A stretch of 64,000 nucleotides of DNA, from NCBI GenBank assembly GCA_976226885.1, contig OZ320319.1:36580001-36644000 (forward strand), given 5' to 3'. The notes beneath the pieces are model-generated. The model did no database searches. It saw only the letters and a list, made by a program, of their open reading frames with translations, and was not told the DNA's origin. Source of the stretch: Iphione sp. A-MEVVRFRX5. Its lineage: Eukaryota. A program made the translations under genes and the position numbers. Below are positions 1 to 13,566 of this stretch, one piece after another; position 1 is the stretch's first letter, and each line of letters opens with the position of its first letter.

Positions 1-2839
1 CCAAAGGAGATAAGCAGGTGTAGCAAAGGTGTTCGGATGCTGTCCCTTCTGAGGAGTTTGTGCAGATTTTCGCGATCAAGTGATGAATAATCCCTGCAAG
101 AAAGGTAGACGTGTATGTACATGTATATTTGCTGATCAAGTGGAGCAGAGACTGTAGGTTACAATAGTCTCACCGGAGGAGAGATTCGATAAAAAAACCT
201 TTGGTTGATAGGACCAGACACGATGGTGATCGTATTATGTTTTTATGAAGACTTCTAGCGGGCCGGAAGTGAATGGACACAGGGGAGGGGGGGATTTCGT
301 GATGCTCTTCATTCTTTCAGGTTACATGTATGCTATATTTCAAACGGAAGGGAAGAGATACATGTCTTCAGAATTTTTAAATGTAGTGTATCTCATTCAT
401 ATTCAGATTTTAGTATCATCCTGTTATATAAGTTCCCTATTTATGGACAAGTCGCACGCAAAGGTCTGACCTTACGAGCAGGTGAAGGACAAGGCTTCGG
501 CTTCCCTTGCTATAGCTGACATGAGAACTAATCGTTACGTACATGCATCCTCTCTTTTTTCATTTGGTAGTGTGGCAACCGTAGAGGTAAGCCGGTGAAA
601 CTAAGGGCGCTTGCTGAACGGTGATCTGATTTATGTTCCAAGGCAGTTTGATCAGTGCGACGGAAATTGGCCGAGACCTATATATAACTGCTAATTAGAC
701 GAACGACTTAACCTCAGGAGATGTAGAATTTGCTGTCTATAGGACAGCTAATTTGCTTAAAGACCTTACCTCCGAAGTCGTAGAATATAACTGCTGTATG
801 ACTGTTTATAAGCCTAAAGTATTTACAGAGGCAGCTGGACAAACAGTTGCACAGGTATAGGATTTAAATATGACATTTACACATACTACTTATTAGGCTA
901 AGAACATCACCTAAAGAGTTGTAAAAACTTGATCTCTAGATTACGTTGAAGATACAGTGTGAAGAATTAGAGTGTCCACATAATTGCCTTAAAACTGGTA
1001 ACCTTTTGGGCAAAGTCTTTTTTTGTGAATGCCATTTTATTTGTCAGTCCTTTTTGTACTTGTATTTCCCCATTATCTGCTTTATTCCTTGGTATTCGTG
1101 TTGACCTTGCCGTTGTCTGGTTCAGTGTAGTTTATGGGCCGACTTGAAGGTGTCCAGACTGATGCTAGGCCCCTTGTGAGTCCATGTTGCTGACCAGCCT
1201 GCGGAATGACCTACTTTTCATTTTTAATGATCCACAGGTGAAGCTATTTGCACCTGAAATGACATCTCGTAAACATAACCTCTTTTCAAAGATAATGCCA
1301 AAAGCAAAGGTTAGCCTACCGGACAAATGCCCATGCCTAGTTTTTGTAGTTAGCCTTCTGCTTATTGATTCCCAAATTACTCATCTGGAACTTCCGACTC
1401 ACTTGTATTCACCAACATGCTGTCCTGTCCACTTTCACACGCACTTTTGAGCATCTTCACCACTGTAACTGATCCTCTACCGCTACTGATGATTACATAT
1501 ACATGTATATATACGTATAGCAATTTGTATCTGTAGTGGATGCAGACACTGAAAGTTATACGGTAACTTTATGTTATGAACTGAAATGTGTCGTACGGAC
1601 AGGTATATGCATTCCATATTCACTGACGTCTATTTATACAGTATTTGAACCGGCACATATGCGAATACGAAACTTACTGTGTTGACATCTATAGTGATAC
1701 CTTCGCTGACGTCGAAATATGTTGTCATGGAATGAGGTTGGGTATTGTTTCACTGATTTCACTATGCGTGGCCCCATTTGAATCATATAAAGTTGCGCTG
1801 AAATGAATCAAGCGTGCCAGCGACCAAATGTGAGAGCCGCATCATCCGACTTGTTGAAGGTTTCCGTGGATATTTCGACACAACATTAAACGTTACAAGC
1901 AGGCGACCCCCTTTCTCCAGTCTTTAGCTTTAGGTGAATTATATCTCTTATATATCTCTACATTCTGACGGTAAGGTACTAAGTAACAGTCAGTTGATAT
2001 TGAGTTATTTTCTATATATGGGAATCCCTATCTTTCCATGAATAGAACTCATAGTATACTTGTGTATCGGATAGCTTTTGTCCGCAGGTTTCACAATTGT
2101 TGTTATAGCTCTTGAGAAAGGAGCGTTGTTTTGCGCAGGTCTGTGACCTTCTATACATACGAAGCAATGCGTTTTAACACAGTCAGTAGATGTACATCTC
2201 GTCTTCTAATAACAAGGCGACTTCACGAAGGATGACTGTAGAATGAAATGTCATGAGATCTTCCCGACGGGCATCGGTTTCGCTTTGTATAGATGATGAA
2301 TATATATAAAAAAAGAAAGATAATAAGGCAGCTCCAACTCCCGTCAGTTTCTTAGTACCGATATTAGCTTGAAAAAAATGGAAGAGATTCTTCTTTAAAT
2401 TACCTGTCAGTAAAAGGAAAACTACTGAAAGGCGGCACAAACTTTGGCAGGGCCTCTTCATCTTTAGCTGTCGAATGGGTAATAAGTCTGCTATGTCTAT
2501 TTTTGCGTGGCATTTATATTTCTGGCTTTTTGGTTTCTGCTTTTTGTGAAATACTATCAAATGGGATTATATTCCGTCCTAGTGTAGACATTTATATTGC
2601 GCTACAGGGATCATCATTGACAGTGCTTAATAACCAAAAAATGACTATATCTGTGCTGTAGAATTCCCTAAGGAAAATTTAAAAAAGAGCCATTTGAAAG
2701 GTGACCAGCTGTCACCCTGCTTAACTTTCCCCTTGAATATCTACACGCGCTGAAATAGGGTGTCGGTCTTTTCCGCAACCCTGTTTGCAGTGCAACCTGC
2801 TTGAAGCAAACCTCTTGCTCAAATGGCCTATTATACTAC

Positions 2840-2910
2840 CTCCCGCCTTTAGCATTGTTCTTGCGGAGCTGCAGATTAGCGGATCCCAAGACGCGCATGG
2901 CGCGCTCCAT
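2840..2910 (-). CDS. Candidate first coding exon of a minus-strand gene leaving the window (MERAMRVLGSANLQLRKNNAKGG...)
   Basis: ggcATGG start, donor GAG|GTAGTA at 2839 (phase 2), GC-rich context. The frame is also open further upstream through a poly-His-coding (CAC)n tract. Confidence 0.3.
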
Positions 2911-3047
2911 GCCCGACACGGACTTTGCCCGGCCGTCAGCGTGCTTGTGGCCGCCTATTTCGAGCGCCTCCTGACGTCCGCGTGCGGCACGACTGACGCC
3001 ACCACCCGTGAGGCGGCCGCAGCGGCGTTGTCGGCGTGGGGGATCGA

Positions 3048-3068
3048 GGTGATGGTGGTGGTAGTGGT

Positions 3069-3091
<23 letters not shown>
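3048..3091. repeat. (GGT)n microsatellite
   Basis: Near-perfect GGT run visible in the sequence. Confidence 0.9.
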
Positions 3092-3100
<9 letters not shown>

Positions 3101-3329
3101 GAGGGGAGCAAGCGTAAGGAGGAGCAGCGTGAGACAGGGGGATGTGGGCGGAGGAGGGGGTCGGGAGCAGCGTGCAGGGCCGTAAAGCGAGGCTGCCGCA
3201 TCTCTCGGTCCCGATCCCGACCAGGCAGCCGAGCGCGCAATGTGGAGCTGCTCGCTCTCTGTGCTAGGCGGACATTGAGACGGTTCAGACGTTCATACAA
3301 AGCCGCTCCTCACTTTATCTATACTCTAG

Positions 3330-3790
3330 ACAGGAGGAACGAGTGAAAGAGTGGAATAGAGAGGAAGACAGTGTGAAAAGCATACAGGAGCCAAGAGAGG
3401 CACAGAGGTAGGGAATAGAGAAAGGGAGGCGAAGAGAGAGGGAGGGAAGAGAAAGTGTATGAGTGTGTCAGTGAGTGAGACAGGTAGTCCGACAGAAGTC
3501 AAGAACAAGACTATAAAAAAGCAGTAGGGGTAACTGTCTAGTTCTAGGCATTGAGAAGAGAGGCTCATTAAAAGGAGGGGTTCCAAGGAGAAGTAGATAG
3601 GTAGGGAGAAGCGAGGCAAGAAAAGGAAAGAGAGCAAATAATAGTGTAGAGGACACGGGAGGGAAAGGAGGTTTAACGAGATATACAGTTCGAGAGGAGG
3701 AAAAAGGAGGAGTGCTTGAGACGTAAGAGTGAGGTAGATAGATACTGAATTAGAAGAAAGACGTAGATAGATAGAAAGAGAGAAAGAGAC
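3330..3790 (+). repeat. Long purine-rich (A/G) low-complexity tract
   Basis: About 450 bp dominated by GA/GGA/GAA runs on the plus strand. Confidence 0.8.
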
Positions 3791-4100
3791 GGACAGTTCG
3801 ACATTTAACCGACTGTAACGAGTAGCCTATAGTCGACGTGCACTGGAACGCAACTGCTGAAGGACAGCTTGCCTGGCGACATCAGGACTTTCTATTCCGG
3901 CTCCGCGTCTAGTTTGTCTTCTCGTCCCCTCACACAAACAGTACGGAGAACAGTGCTCTTATATCCACCGCTTCGAAACTGCTCGCCGTTGCATCTGCTG
4001 GTGTTAACTATATACCTCGCTCCCCCGTGAACCCCTTAGCCTAATCTGACTTTGGCGCTATTCTCTGTGGACGACATCCACGTCGTTGCAGTTGACGATC

Positions 4101-4166
4101 ATGGCGAGTCACCGTTTTCACCAACACCCCACACTGCTGATGTCTCTTCGACCTGACGATGACAAG
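4101..4166 (+). CDS. Candidate first coding exon of an unidentified host gene (MASHRFHQHPTLLMSLRPDDDK)
   Basis: atcATGG start, 22 open codons, consensus donor AAG|GTAAGC (phase 0), in a CpG-rich island. No homology recognised. Confidence 0.4.
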
Positions 4167-7100
4167 GTAAGCCGCAAACTAGTGTGATACGGTGGACAGG
4201 CGCAGCCCACCGAGATCAAGGATAAAGGAAGGACGCAGGTGGGAGAGGCAAGCGAGTAGTATAGACAGTCGGTGCTTTTTGCCAGGTATAACTTACGAGG
4301 CGCGCGGTCGGCGGGCTGCTGGCGTGGCCAACTTGGTGCTCCCCGGTTCTGCCGCCTGTCAGTTGCTGCAACCACCACCACCGCTGCCACCATCACCAAC
4401 ACCAACACCACCATCAGCAGTCATTCATTGTTCCTTTCGTTCTACCGCTACATCTAAACTCTATATTCGTCGAATTTCGATGGTTTCTCCCTCAAGCCGA
4501 AGCCGGTACCATTTCGAGCAACGAACGCTTTTTTAGGAGGTCCTTTTCTCGTAATAGTTCGTGTAGGGTTATACATACATAATATCCTCGGGCCCTCCCG
4601 GACATTGTTACCTCGAAAGTGTCTATCTCGCAACCTGGAGTCATCTCAAAGTCCCAGAGGGTGGGTGCCTGAACTACCAAAGGAAGAGAAAGGGCCTTGA
4701 AGTATTCATGGTCATCACCCCCGGCTTGCGCATTAATTACACATGAGTCGGTATACTCCTTTGGGGCGATGGTTCCTGCAAACAACCAGCCCCTTTTATG
4801 TGTTCTTACTGTTGCTTTCCGGCACCTAGTGGGGCGTATGTATACACGCGAAACTGGTTACCTTCCTTGCTGCACCGAGATTGCGTAGCCTTGGCGGCAT
4901 CGATCAGCGCCTGCTCAGATTCATCGGTTACCGCTGTACGTGGTCCTCTGAATGTTTTACGTTATTACCATCTAGGATTACCAATTTGTCGATCACTATT
5001 TCAGGAGCTTAAAGACCCCCTTGAACCGAGATTCCCATCATGGGGTGTAGCCAGTTCTGCCGCTCTGCGCAGTAGACACTACATGTGTTTTGTTTTTGCC
5101 AAGGCGCCCACTCGCTGATATAACTTAATCGCAGTTATTTTTACAACGAATTGGGCGGAAATGACGTAAAGCCTACGAAAAAGGCAAAACTGCTAAATTT
5201 TTGGAGATAATACGCGAGAAAGAGTCATGTGAGTGTGACAGGCGCAATTATACTCCTCGCTGACCAAGGTGCGTATGTACCTGAAGGGCACACGCGCCAC
5301 CATGTTGCTATAAAGTACAGTTGTACAAAAGTGTGTTTTTGATGTGATCGTTCCTAAGAAATCTGTATTGAAGAATTTACGCAGGCGCCTTTGCATCTTG
5401 AAGCCACGCCCTCGCCCCAGTAGTTTTTACATAGATTTCTTTTCGGGCATCAAGGCAGACTGTGTTGAAAGATATCAGGTAACAGCAGGTCCAAAATTAG
5501 GTATTGATTATTGACTAGTCAGCGAAATTTTAGAGTGGTTTCATCCTGGCCTAAACAGGGCTCATCGATATTAGTTGACTTACACGTCACATTCAGGCAT
5601 GTGGCCTTAATACACCTACCCCTTCGCATACCTGAAGATAACCTGAGAAGTACTCCCTTATATGGTGTCTCGATTATTGTCTTACTGGAATTTATTACGA
5701 CGTTCCCTTCTTCCTAACGAGTCAATGGGACGTTGTCATCTTGACTATCAGATGATACACACTACCGCTCTCAAGTACATTGCGGCAACCGAAAATGTGT
5801 GAATTTATTATCGTAAATATCATTTGTTTTCGTCGGAAGAACTCCACCGACAGAGACCAAAAAAAAACCCATTTGCATTCCAAATCTGTGTCCTGTTCAA
5901 GGAAATCCAATTGACTCTTGAAGTTTGCCGGTTTGGCTGTTTATACTTGTTTTTTCACTTTTACAGGTTTTGAGTCATTTCCAGTCAGCTTTTCCTGTCG
6001 TCGGTCTGTAATGAGTCCGATTTTTGAATCGCCAGTAACTCACAATACTATTCATTACAAACCTCTTAGGTCCGCTCCGATCCCTTTTTCGTCGGCCATC
6101 TTAGCATGGTTTTAGTGTCGATCCACTCCGTACATCCTAACAACGACACGTTTGATGTTGATGAGATCGGCAGATAAATACAACAAAGATGGGACGATTC
6201 CATCCAGCATTAACACGCTTTTATCATCCGCAAATTGCCACCTTCACCTGAAGTGTTGCGCTGGCCGCATCGAAGGACTGTTGTAATACAGTTCGTCTGA
6301 CAAGGTCCGCTTTTGCTGGCCTAACTTGAAAGGGAACTGCCCAATCTAGGTTTTCTCTTGTTATTTTGCGAGACAAGGGTGACGTTAAGCCTTCACCTCA
6401 TCATACAATCGACCACTTCTCTTGTCAGTTGATTATAGATGTGGTGAAGTGCCACTTCTGACAGTATTGTTAGCCTTTGAAGAACTGAAGCCCATTCATG
6501 ACCTCCGACCCCCGGGTCGGTACTGTTAGATAAGTTTTCTTTTTAACAAGTTTGGAATAAAACTAGTGCTTCTACAGAGAAAAACTAAGCACAGCGTGCC
6601 ATATCATGCTTCATGCGTTCGTTTGTCTTCATGAAAGAATGTTCTTTGATTTGATTGTTGTAACTATTGGGACTGGTCGAGTATACCAAACTGAAACGTA
6701 TCCTTGGCGTGGATGACCTTTATTTTCCCAGCCAAGGTTAAATTTCTGCAATGTAGTGTACATGTGTTCCCTTTTTATGACTTTTACCCATGTCAGTTGG
6801 CACTTTCCCAACGGTTATCCTGTTATTGTTCGATTGCCATTAAGATCATATCTGCGTTCAGTTAATGGGATATATTGATTTAGACAGCTCGTCTGAAAAG
6901 CAAATCTGGATCATCTTAATCTGGATGTCCTCATATGACATATATTTTACCTTTATTTCCTCGTTAACATACATATAAATACTTAATCAAAGTAACTAGT
7001 TTTCATCTCCTGGTACGGATTCTAACTTTGCACACTCCTCATCGTAAAACGTGCATATTTTTTCCGCGTTGTCTTTGGGAAAGAAGACTGCAGCAATTAG

Positions 7101-7374
7101 TAGAGGTCACCGGTAGGTGACCTTTACGTAGACTAAATGACTGTGTTTTCTCTCTGAACTTCGGGTATTCTGATGATTTGTTACATCATATGTGGGTAGA
7201 TTGTGGGTGGATGGTGGGTTGATGCCTTCCCTTAGGCTTTCGGTGATACTATCTCTTTTTAATAACAGTTTACTTTTAGTAGTCATCTGTTCATATCTCT
7301 GTATGAAAAACTCCGGCAGGAGGTACCCCCTCCGGTTCACTGGCAAGTGGTCCCAGATGTTCCGCTAACAGCTC

Positions 7375-7481
7375 TTCTCTCTCTGTCTCTGTCTGTCTGT
7401 CTGTCTCTGTCTGTCTGTCTGTCTCTCTCCCCTACCTCCCCTGCCTTCCCTCCCTCCCCTTCATTCTTGTACGTCTCTCTC

Positions 7482-7512
<31 letters not shown>

Positions 7513-7520
7513 ATCTCTCT
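7375..7520. repeat. Compound (CT)n/(TGTC)n microsatellite
   Basis: Visible in the sequence. Confidence 0.9.
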
Positions 7521-8798
7521 CGCCAGCAGCCTTCAGCACCCCTTAAACCTGCTGTCGATTGCAACAGTTTTCTTATCGTTAAAAAATTTATGGCAACTAA
7601 AGGTTTATAGCATAACTTCAAAATATTTTCAGTATCATTACCGTTCGGCCCCACGGTACTGACTTTTTACCTTCTTAGGTAGCTAAATGAGCAGTCAGAG
7701 GGGCTTTGATCGACCAGTGTACAAGTCCTAGTTTCACATTCATTGACATCTCGTCTCCTGAAATATATTTCAATAAATTAATCGTTATTGATAAACATTT
7801 AGTTACCTTCATATCAACTGTATGGTTTGATTGTTTTTTTAATGAGTACGAAAAAACGTCATCTTTTATGCTCTGTGGTACAATATGAGTTGCTTCTTGT
7901 GAAACGCGTCCTATACATTCTATTGTGCTAAAATATTTTCATCATCCCCCCTAGTTTTGCTCACTTTTGAGACGATGTTGAATTCGACTCAAAAAAGTAT
8001 CAAAGGTACATGCCAGGAAACTAATTTCAAGGATATTTTGTTTCACTCTGCTGCCTTGAAAAAAATAACAGTATACACGGACCTATATGGAAGAGAGTCC
8101 ATGTATTGGAGGTCTGACTACGAATAAACTCTCTCAGCCCAATGTAACAAGTCTCATTTACTGTATGTGGCAGCGAAGAAGCCTTTCAACAGACTGGTCA
8201 TTTCCAAATCTGCAGCTGTCTGTAAGCAGATACACTGCGCCCAAAATAGCCAACATGTGCGCCAACCCTTTTCTTACCTGTATCCACATCTATAGGTGGA
8301 CCTCTGGTAGCCGCTGCTGTCAGCATCTCCGACCAATTCTCGCACGTGCACCTTCTAGTCTGAGCATCCGTCTCAGCGAGGACCTGCGCTCGCTGCCCGA
8401 ACCGGTTTTATTTATCCACTAAAAGTACACCCGGAGCGACCAGAACCAGCCCGAACCATCGGTTGTCCGCATCTGCCCACCTACCCCCCCCCCCCACCAA
8501 CCCCCGGTTGCCAACTTCAGAATAACATAAGTATGATGAATTCAAGAAATAGTAATAGTTTTAAAAATAATATCTATTCAACCATATGGTGGAATAATTC
8601 ATACAGCGCCTCTAATTATGGAAATATAAATTCGGCAAAATGATTGGTTTTGTCAGAAATTGCTCTGAGGTAACATGTTAACGTTCGATCCGGCACAGGG
8701 GGTGGTCAAGGTACAACTTGGACTGGAGGAGCCAGCGTTCAACGACACCAAGGGTCAAGGACTAAACGGGAACTCGTCGAGCACCACATGTGCATGTA

Positions 8799-8976
8799 TA
8801 GTGGAAGGCCACCTTAGGGACACATCTCCAATAGGTACATGCCTCTAATGGGGACACATTGAGGAACAGATTCTGTTTGCCCCATATTATATGAAGTCAT
8901 TAATAGGGACACGTTTCAGTTAGGGACAGTTTTGGAAAGAACTAAGGGTGGTGTCCTGATTAGAGACTTTCTACTA
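8799..8976. mobile_element. MITE with imperfect terminal inverted repeats and TA target duplication (Tc1/mariner-type non-autonomous element)
   Basis: Left end TAGTGGAAGGCCACCTTAGGGACAC versus reverse complement of the right end TAGTAGAAAGTCTCTAATCAGGACAC. TA at 8797-8798 and 8977-8978. Internal repeated GGGACA motifs. Confidence 0.65.
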
Positions 8977-11900
8977 TACATGTGAACCCTCACTCGGTGA
9001 CAGCACGTACAGTCAGTGAAAACAGGCTACTCATCCTCTCGTTTGTTCTCTCGTTTTAACATTGAGGAAATTTTCCACCATGAACGTTCCTTTATGAAAG
9101 ACAACCCTTTGAACAACGGGATTGTCCGGTCAACTCTTAGTATTGAAAGTCATAAGACGAGGATCAGATGCTTGATTATTCTATATGTAAAACCATTTAG
9201 CCGTTTCCTCAAAGAGCCAAACCTTGTTTTCAAGCCGTCGATTTAGGCGCACGCACTAAATGCAAAAGCGAACGTATCGAGGTTGTCGAGTGGGTTTTTG
9301 GCGCTTTGCAACATAAAACATCATCCTGTCACAGTACTACTTGGGTAACGTGATTGTCGTCTAATGGCCTTTAAGTAACAGGGCCTCCGAAAAATAGCCT
9401 GAATACAGCCAGCCTGTGTTGTTTTGTAAGACACACCGCTGTGATCGTGTGCTTCCGATAGTTAGATATATCGATCCCAGGAGACTTTGGAGGTCTCTTC
9501 CAGACACGTTTGTCGAAGCATTGCTCACCGCGGCGGCCTTGTTTGTAGACTAACCACCACACAGAAGGTTCCGTCGCCAAGGTCGTCTCTTTGAACTGTC
9601 AGCAGTCCTGAATGTTTGACACTGTCATTGGATCAGATACAAGTAGCCAGCCCTTAAAAAAACAAAAAAATCCAGATCATCATCATCCTTCTCACCAGGA
9701 TTGGCTCTTTGAGGAAACAGTTAAATGGCCAGTTGTTCATCGTGGCAGCAGTTTGATATTTCATTATTTTGTAAAGATTCCTGTGAATAAGTCCATACAT
9801 ATAGTGGGAGATCAATTCAAGGAAACCGCTGCGCCGGGAATAACCGTACGGATTTCTAAATTTCTGAACGCGCAGGGGGGCACCCTCGAACAACACAATA
9901 TTAACGAAAGCAATCAGTGCGGGAAGGTGATTGTGTGACATCTGCCACCCCATCACCCCCCCTTGAAAATCAGGAAATGGGAGATTATTCCCTCGATCGG
10001 ACGCTGAATGAGAAGGCCGCATTCTTGTTTTAGCTTAGGTGTGCGTGTGGCTCCATGTCAGTACAACCGGGTCATTGGCAGAACAGTTCTCCAATTAGTG
10101 GCCAAACACGAGAAGGTACTCAGTGCGGCGCACGGGCCAGGTAACACTGCAACCACGGCTTGGTCATTTATTAGCCATCGCAGGGACCTCTGTCGTTATG
10201 CAGAACAAGAGTACCGGGCTCCACAGATTTCCCTTGCTTTGGAGAACTGATGATAACTAGTTATCTTTTGAATATCAATGTTGCTTGGTTATTTACTTTG
10301 AATCTTCGCTCTCTGTGTTCAGAGGGACGTAAAGTGGTATTTAGACGGTCCGTTCTCCTCGCCTCCTTAAAAATAGCAGGTCGCTTTGAATTGGTCTTTA
10401 GCATGGTTATGCGGAAAGGGATCAAGGAAGTCCCGTCCATCAAAATATTTGTTTTCATCTAGTGATTTGTTTGTGTTTTACTGCGTATTTTGCCATACAC
10501 ATTATGGACTGATGTGAACAGGCCACAATGCAATATCCTCAAAGATTCGAAGAGGGGTCCATGGTATGAGTCAATCTGGATCAGAAATGTTATCAATATA
10601 TTTTTACTTAATCCGGATCCGAAACACTTCAAAAATGCCTACAGGCATGATTGAATATTGATTTGTGTCTCCCTCGGGATATAGATCCGCGTGATAAGTA
10701 GATTGTAAAGGGAGCATTGTATTCACTACTTTAGCAGTAGAAATTGTACTATCTGGGATACTGAAAGTGTCAATATCCATACCTACATCCTTTAATCTTT
10801 CCTTTCAAAGATATGACTGTTAAATAGTTAAGCTTTTTGGGATAGGGGTATTGGAGTATTTTATACCGTTCCCTCCTCCCCCAAGGCCTCTGTTATCAGA
10901 CTGTTTTCCTATTCATTTGTAAGCCCACAGCAATGTGAACTTTTTTTTAGTGTAGGTGCCTAATGCATTGTTTTAGTTCTACATCTACTGCATTTGGAAG
11001 TAACGATATTCAAACATCAATATCGATGGAACACTTTTGCTAATATTGCAGTTGGTTTTATATTTGAGGATCTTGAGGTATTCCTCTTTGATTAAAGTGC
11101 TAAACAGAAGAGCAGTGTACTCTTGACTGTTTTACCATTGACTGTCTTTTTTACAGTAGGTACGTATTATCAAGATACATGTATAGTATGATACACATGC
11201 ACTTGTATTCTTTTCTTTAAAAAAATCTGTGCAATGTACGAAAAAGTTATCGCGTTTCACGATTTTCTTTCAAAAGGAGCAGTACTCATGAGAACTGGGT
11301 TATTTTATTTTCGTCAAATAGTAACGTGGGCGTCATATTTATTGCAAACCACGTGGGTCAACAAAAAGTGCCCAGACTCGACTTTTCTGTTGATGATAAT
11401 ATCCCTCATCTGCTGGTATTTGCCCCCGGACGGCAGTCAGTAAAATATTAGTCATTAAACTCGGCTTGCATTTCATACTTGTGACACGTATTCCTGCTCG
11501 AGATCAGAAATAAAGGCAATCCATATGAACGCAGGAGAATAAGGTCTCGCAAGCACGTGATCGATGGTGTGCGGGCGAGACCTGGCCCTGTCAGTGAGAG
11601 GCTGTATAACAAGTTGGAGGGCTGATTTATACACAGCCACAACGTTTTATCTCAGGGAAGGCCTAAATGACTCCTTTTTTTGATGGGAGAAAACGTGATC
11701 TTGAAGTGTCTGAGTACTTGAACAGTCCATCTTTAAGCGCAGGCACAGTTCATTCCTGGGAACGCGTACACACATGTGCCTAAGTAACCATCTAAAAAGT
11801 TACCCATGAAGAATCCTGTACTACTCCCGGCTGTGTCAGCAGAGGCCTTTGTTTTCCAACAGATCCTCCAATCTCTCTTCTGTCAATCTAATATGTTGCC

Positions 11901-12805
11901 AATACAATTTACAACTCGTTTTTTTTTAAAACCTAATAATTGCTCTCATTGATGCTGCGATTAATTAAAGAGGAACAGCGGTTTGGGTGTCAGGTCTACA
12001 TGTGGGGACCGACAGATAAATTAATTCATCAGCATGGCTGTAAGTTTCCGTAGCCGTGTGCGCTGAGTTCTGTTGTCGGGGTTCACAGCGGTGACGGCCG
12101 TGTACGGTGGCCGGTTAATAACCACGAGCCACTGTTTGATCTCCGTATAGCGAACCGGAGGTGGTTTTATCGTGGACTTCCCGCCGTCCCGGCGAATGAG
12201 CTTTCATGTCGAGTCTTAATCTAAAGAAGAATCCGCTGGCCAATAAGCCCGTCAGCCGCTCCTTTGAAGAACAGCCGCCTTACCCAGAAACCCTTTGTTG
12301 GTAATAAGAAGACCATTTCATTAAAAAAAAGCAACCAGCCGAAATAACACGGGAAGCAAAGCGGATAGGGAATGCAAACCAGTGTACGGGTATCACTTCT
12401 AGGATATGCGACCAAATGCCACACTATGATAGCGTCGGGTGCTATTTATGTTAGCGAAAAGAATGCTATGTGTATACCTAGGTGTGTCTGACATATCAAA
12501 GGCTGTGAGGACGTCAAGACCAGTTTTCTTCGTGATGTTTTTTTCCGTACGGAGATGGTCGATATTTTTTTTAGCAGAAAATGCGAGAGGGAACACCATA
12601 GCTTCGGCAAAGAGAAATCACAATATTTGAAGTGAATAGATATTGTTTTTGTACACCTTTTGTTTTTGATCCAAACGTTTTGTGGTCTGCTGTGTCAGTG
12701 TTTTGCTGTAAATACCTCTTAGTGCATTTGTCATGATTTTCAATAAGACGAATCTTCAAAGGCACCACCGTCTATCGTAATCTCAAATGTCATTCAACCG
12801 GATGC

Positions 12806-12893
12806 CTTTTGCAGCAAAGTAAACATTCAGTTATAGCGGAAATTATGTCTTTTGCAGCCAAGTAAACATTCAGTTATAGCGGAATTTATGTCT
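12806..12893. repeat. 43-bp tandem duplication (2 copies)
   Basis: cttttgcagcaaagtaaacattcagttatagcggaaattatgt at 12806 is repeated at 12849 with two substitutions. Confidence 0.9.
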
Positions 12894-13454
12894 AAATCGC
12901 TTTATAGAGTTCCTTCACGTTCAGTATGATATTGCAGAAAGAAGATTAATGTCAGGCGCACATATTCAAAAAGGTGAATACAACATCATTTACAAAATCG
13001 GTCTATTTGGTTCGTGTCACGGTGACTGATGTGGAATGGTGACAGTTACCTATAGCCCCGTTTTCGTCATTTGGTACCTGTACTGAAGAGAAAACACTGT
13101 GGCCGTAGCAAAACTGTAGTAAACCTCCACAGTGGAACCCAAACGTGTACATATACGTATCTATCTACGTATCTACACACATTGCACACATGTGCGTGTT
13201 GCATGCAGCCGTAACTCCACCGTGGCTGGTTCAAAAGCTGCCCGCCTTCCCCCGTTTCATCGCCAGCCACTAAAGATCAAAAGCACTGCCCAGGGTCTTT
13301 GCTACAATGCTGTTTGTTAGACCTCATGAAAGATAGCCAATAAAAACGTCTCAGCTCATTTGCTAGATGACAACGGTATCAGGCCTGGCCGTGATTTCCT
13401 ATTTTGTTGGAGAAGCAGGTCAATGCCAGACGTCCGGTCGAGCCCGCGAGAAGT

Positions 13455-13566
13455 GGGGAGGGAGATGGGAGGAGGAGGAGGAGGTGGTGGTGGTGGTGGT
13501 GGGGGGGGGGAGCCCGCCGAGGGTGGAAGGGAGGGAGTGGGTGTTGGGGGGGGGGGAGAGGAGGGG
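13455..13566 (+). repeat. G-rich tract: (GGA)n(GGT)n plus long G runs
   Basis: Visible in the sequence; multiple runs of three or more G. Confidence 0.85.

Noticed and set aside
2840-2910. MERAM...L......LR resembles my recollection of the vertebrate HACE1 N-terminus
   Set aside because: Only a handful of residues match and no ankyrin or HECT exons are in the window, so no gene symbol was assigned.
4190-4220. Minus-strand SVGCACP recalls the LDB1 N-terminus
   Set aside because: Preceded by ATC rather than ATG, no donor follows, and no other LDB1-like exon was seen; treated as coincidence.
4490-5130. Protein-like minus-strand frames suggesting a decayed coding relic
   Set aside because: No recognisable motif; weak AAGGCGCC inverted ends at ~5101/5385 are too short to define an element.
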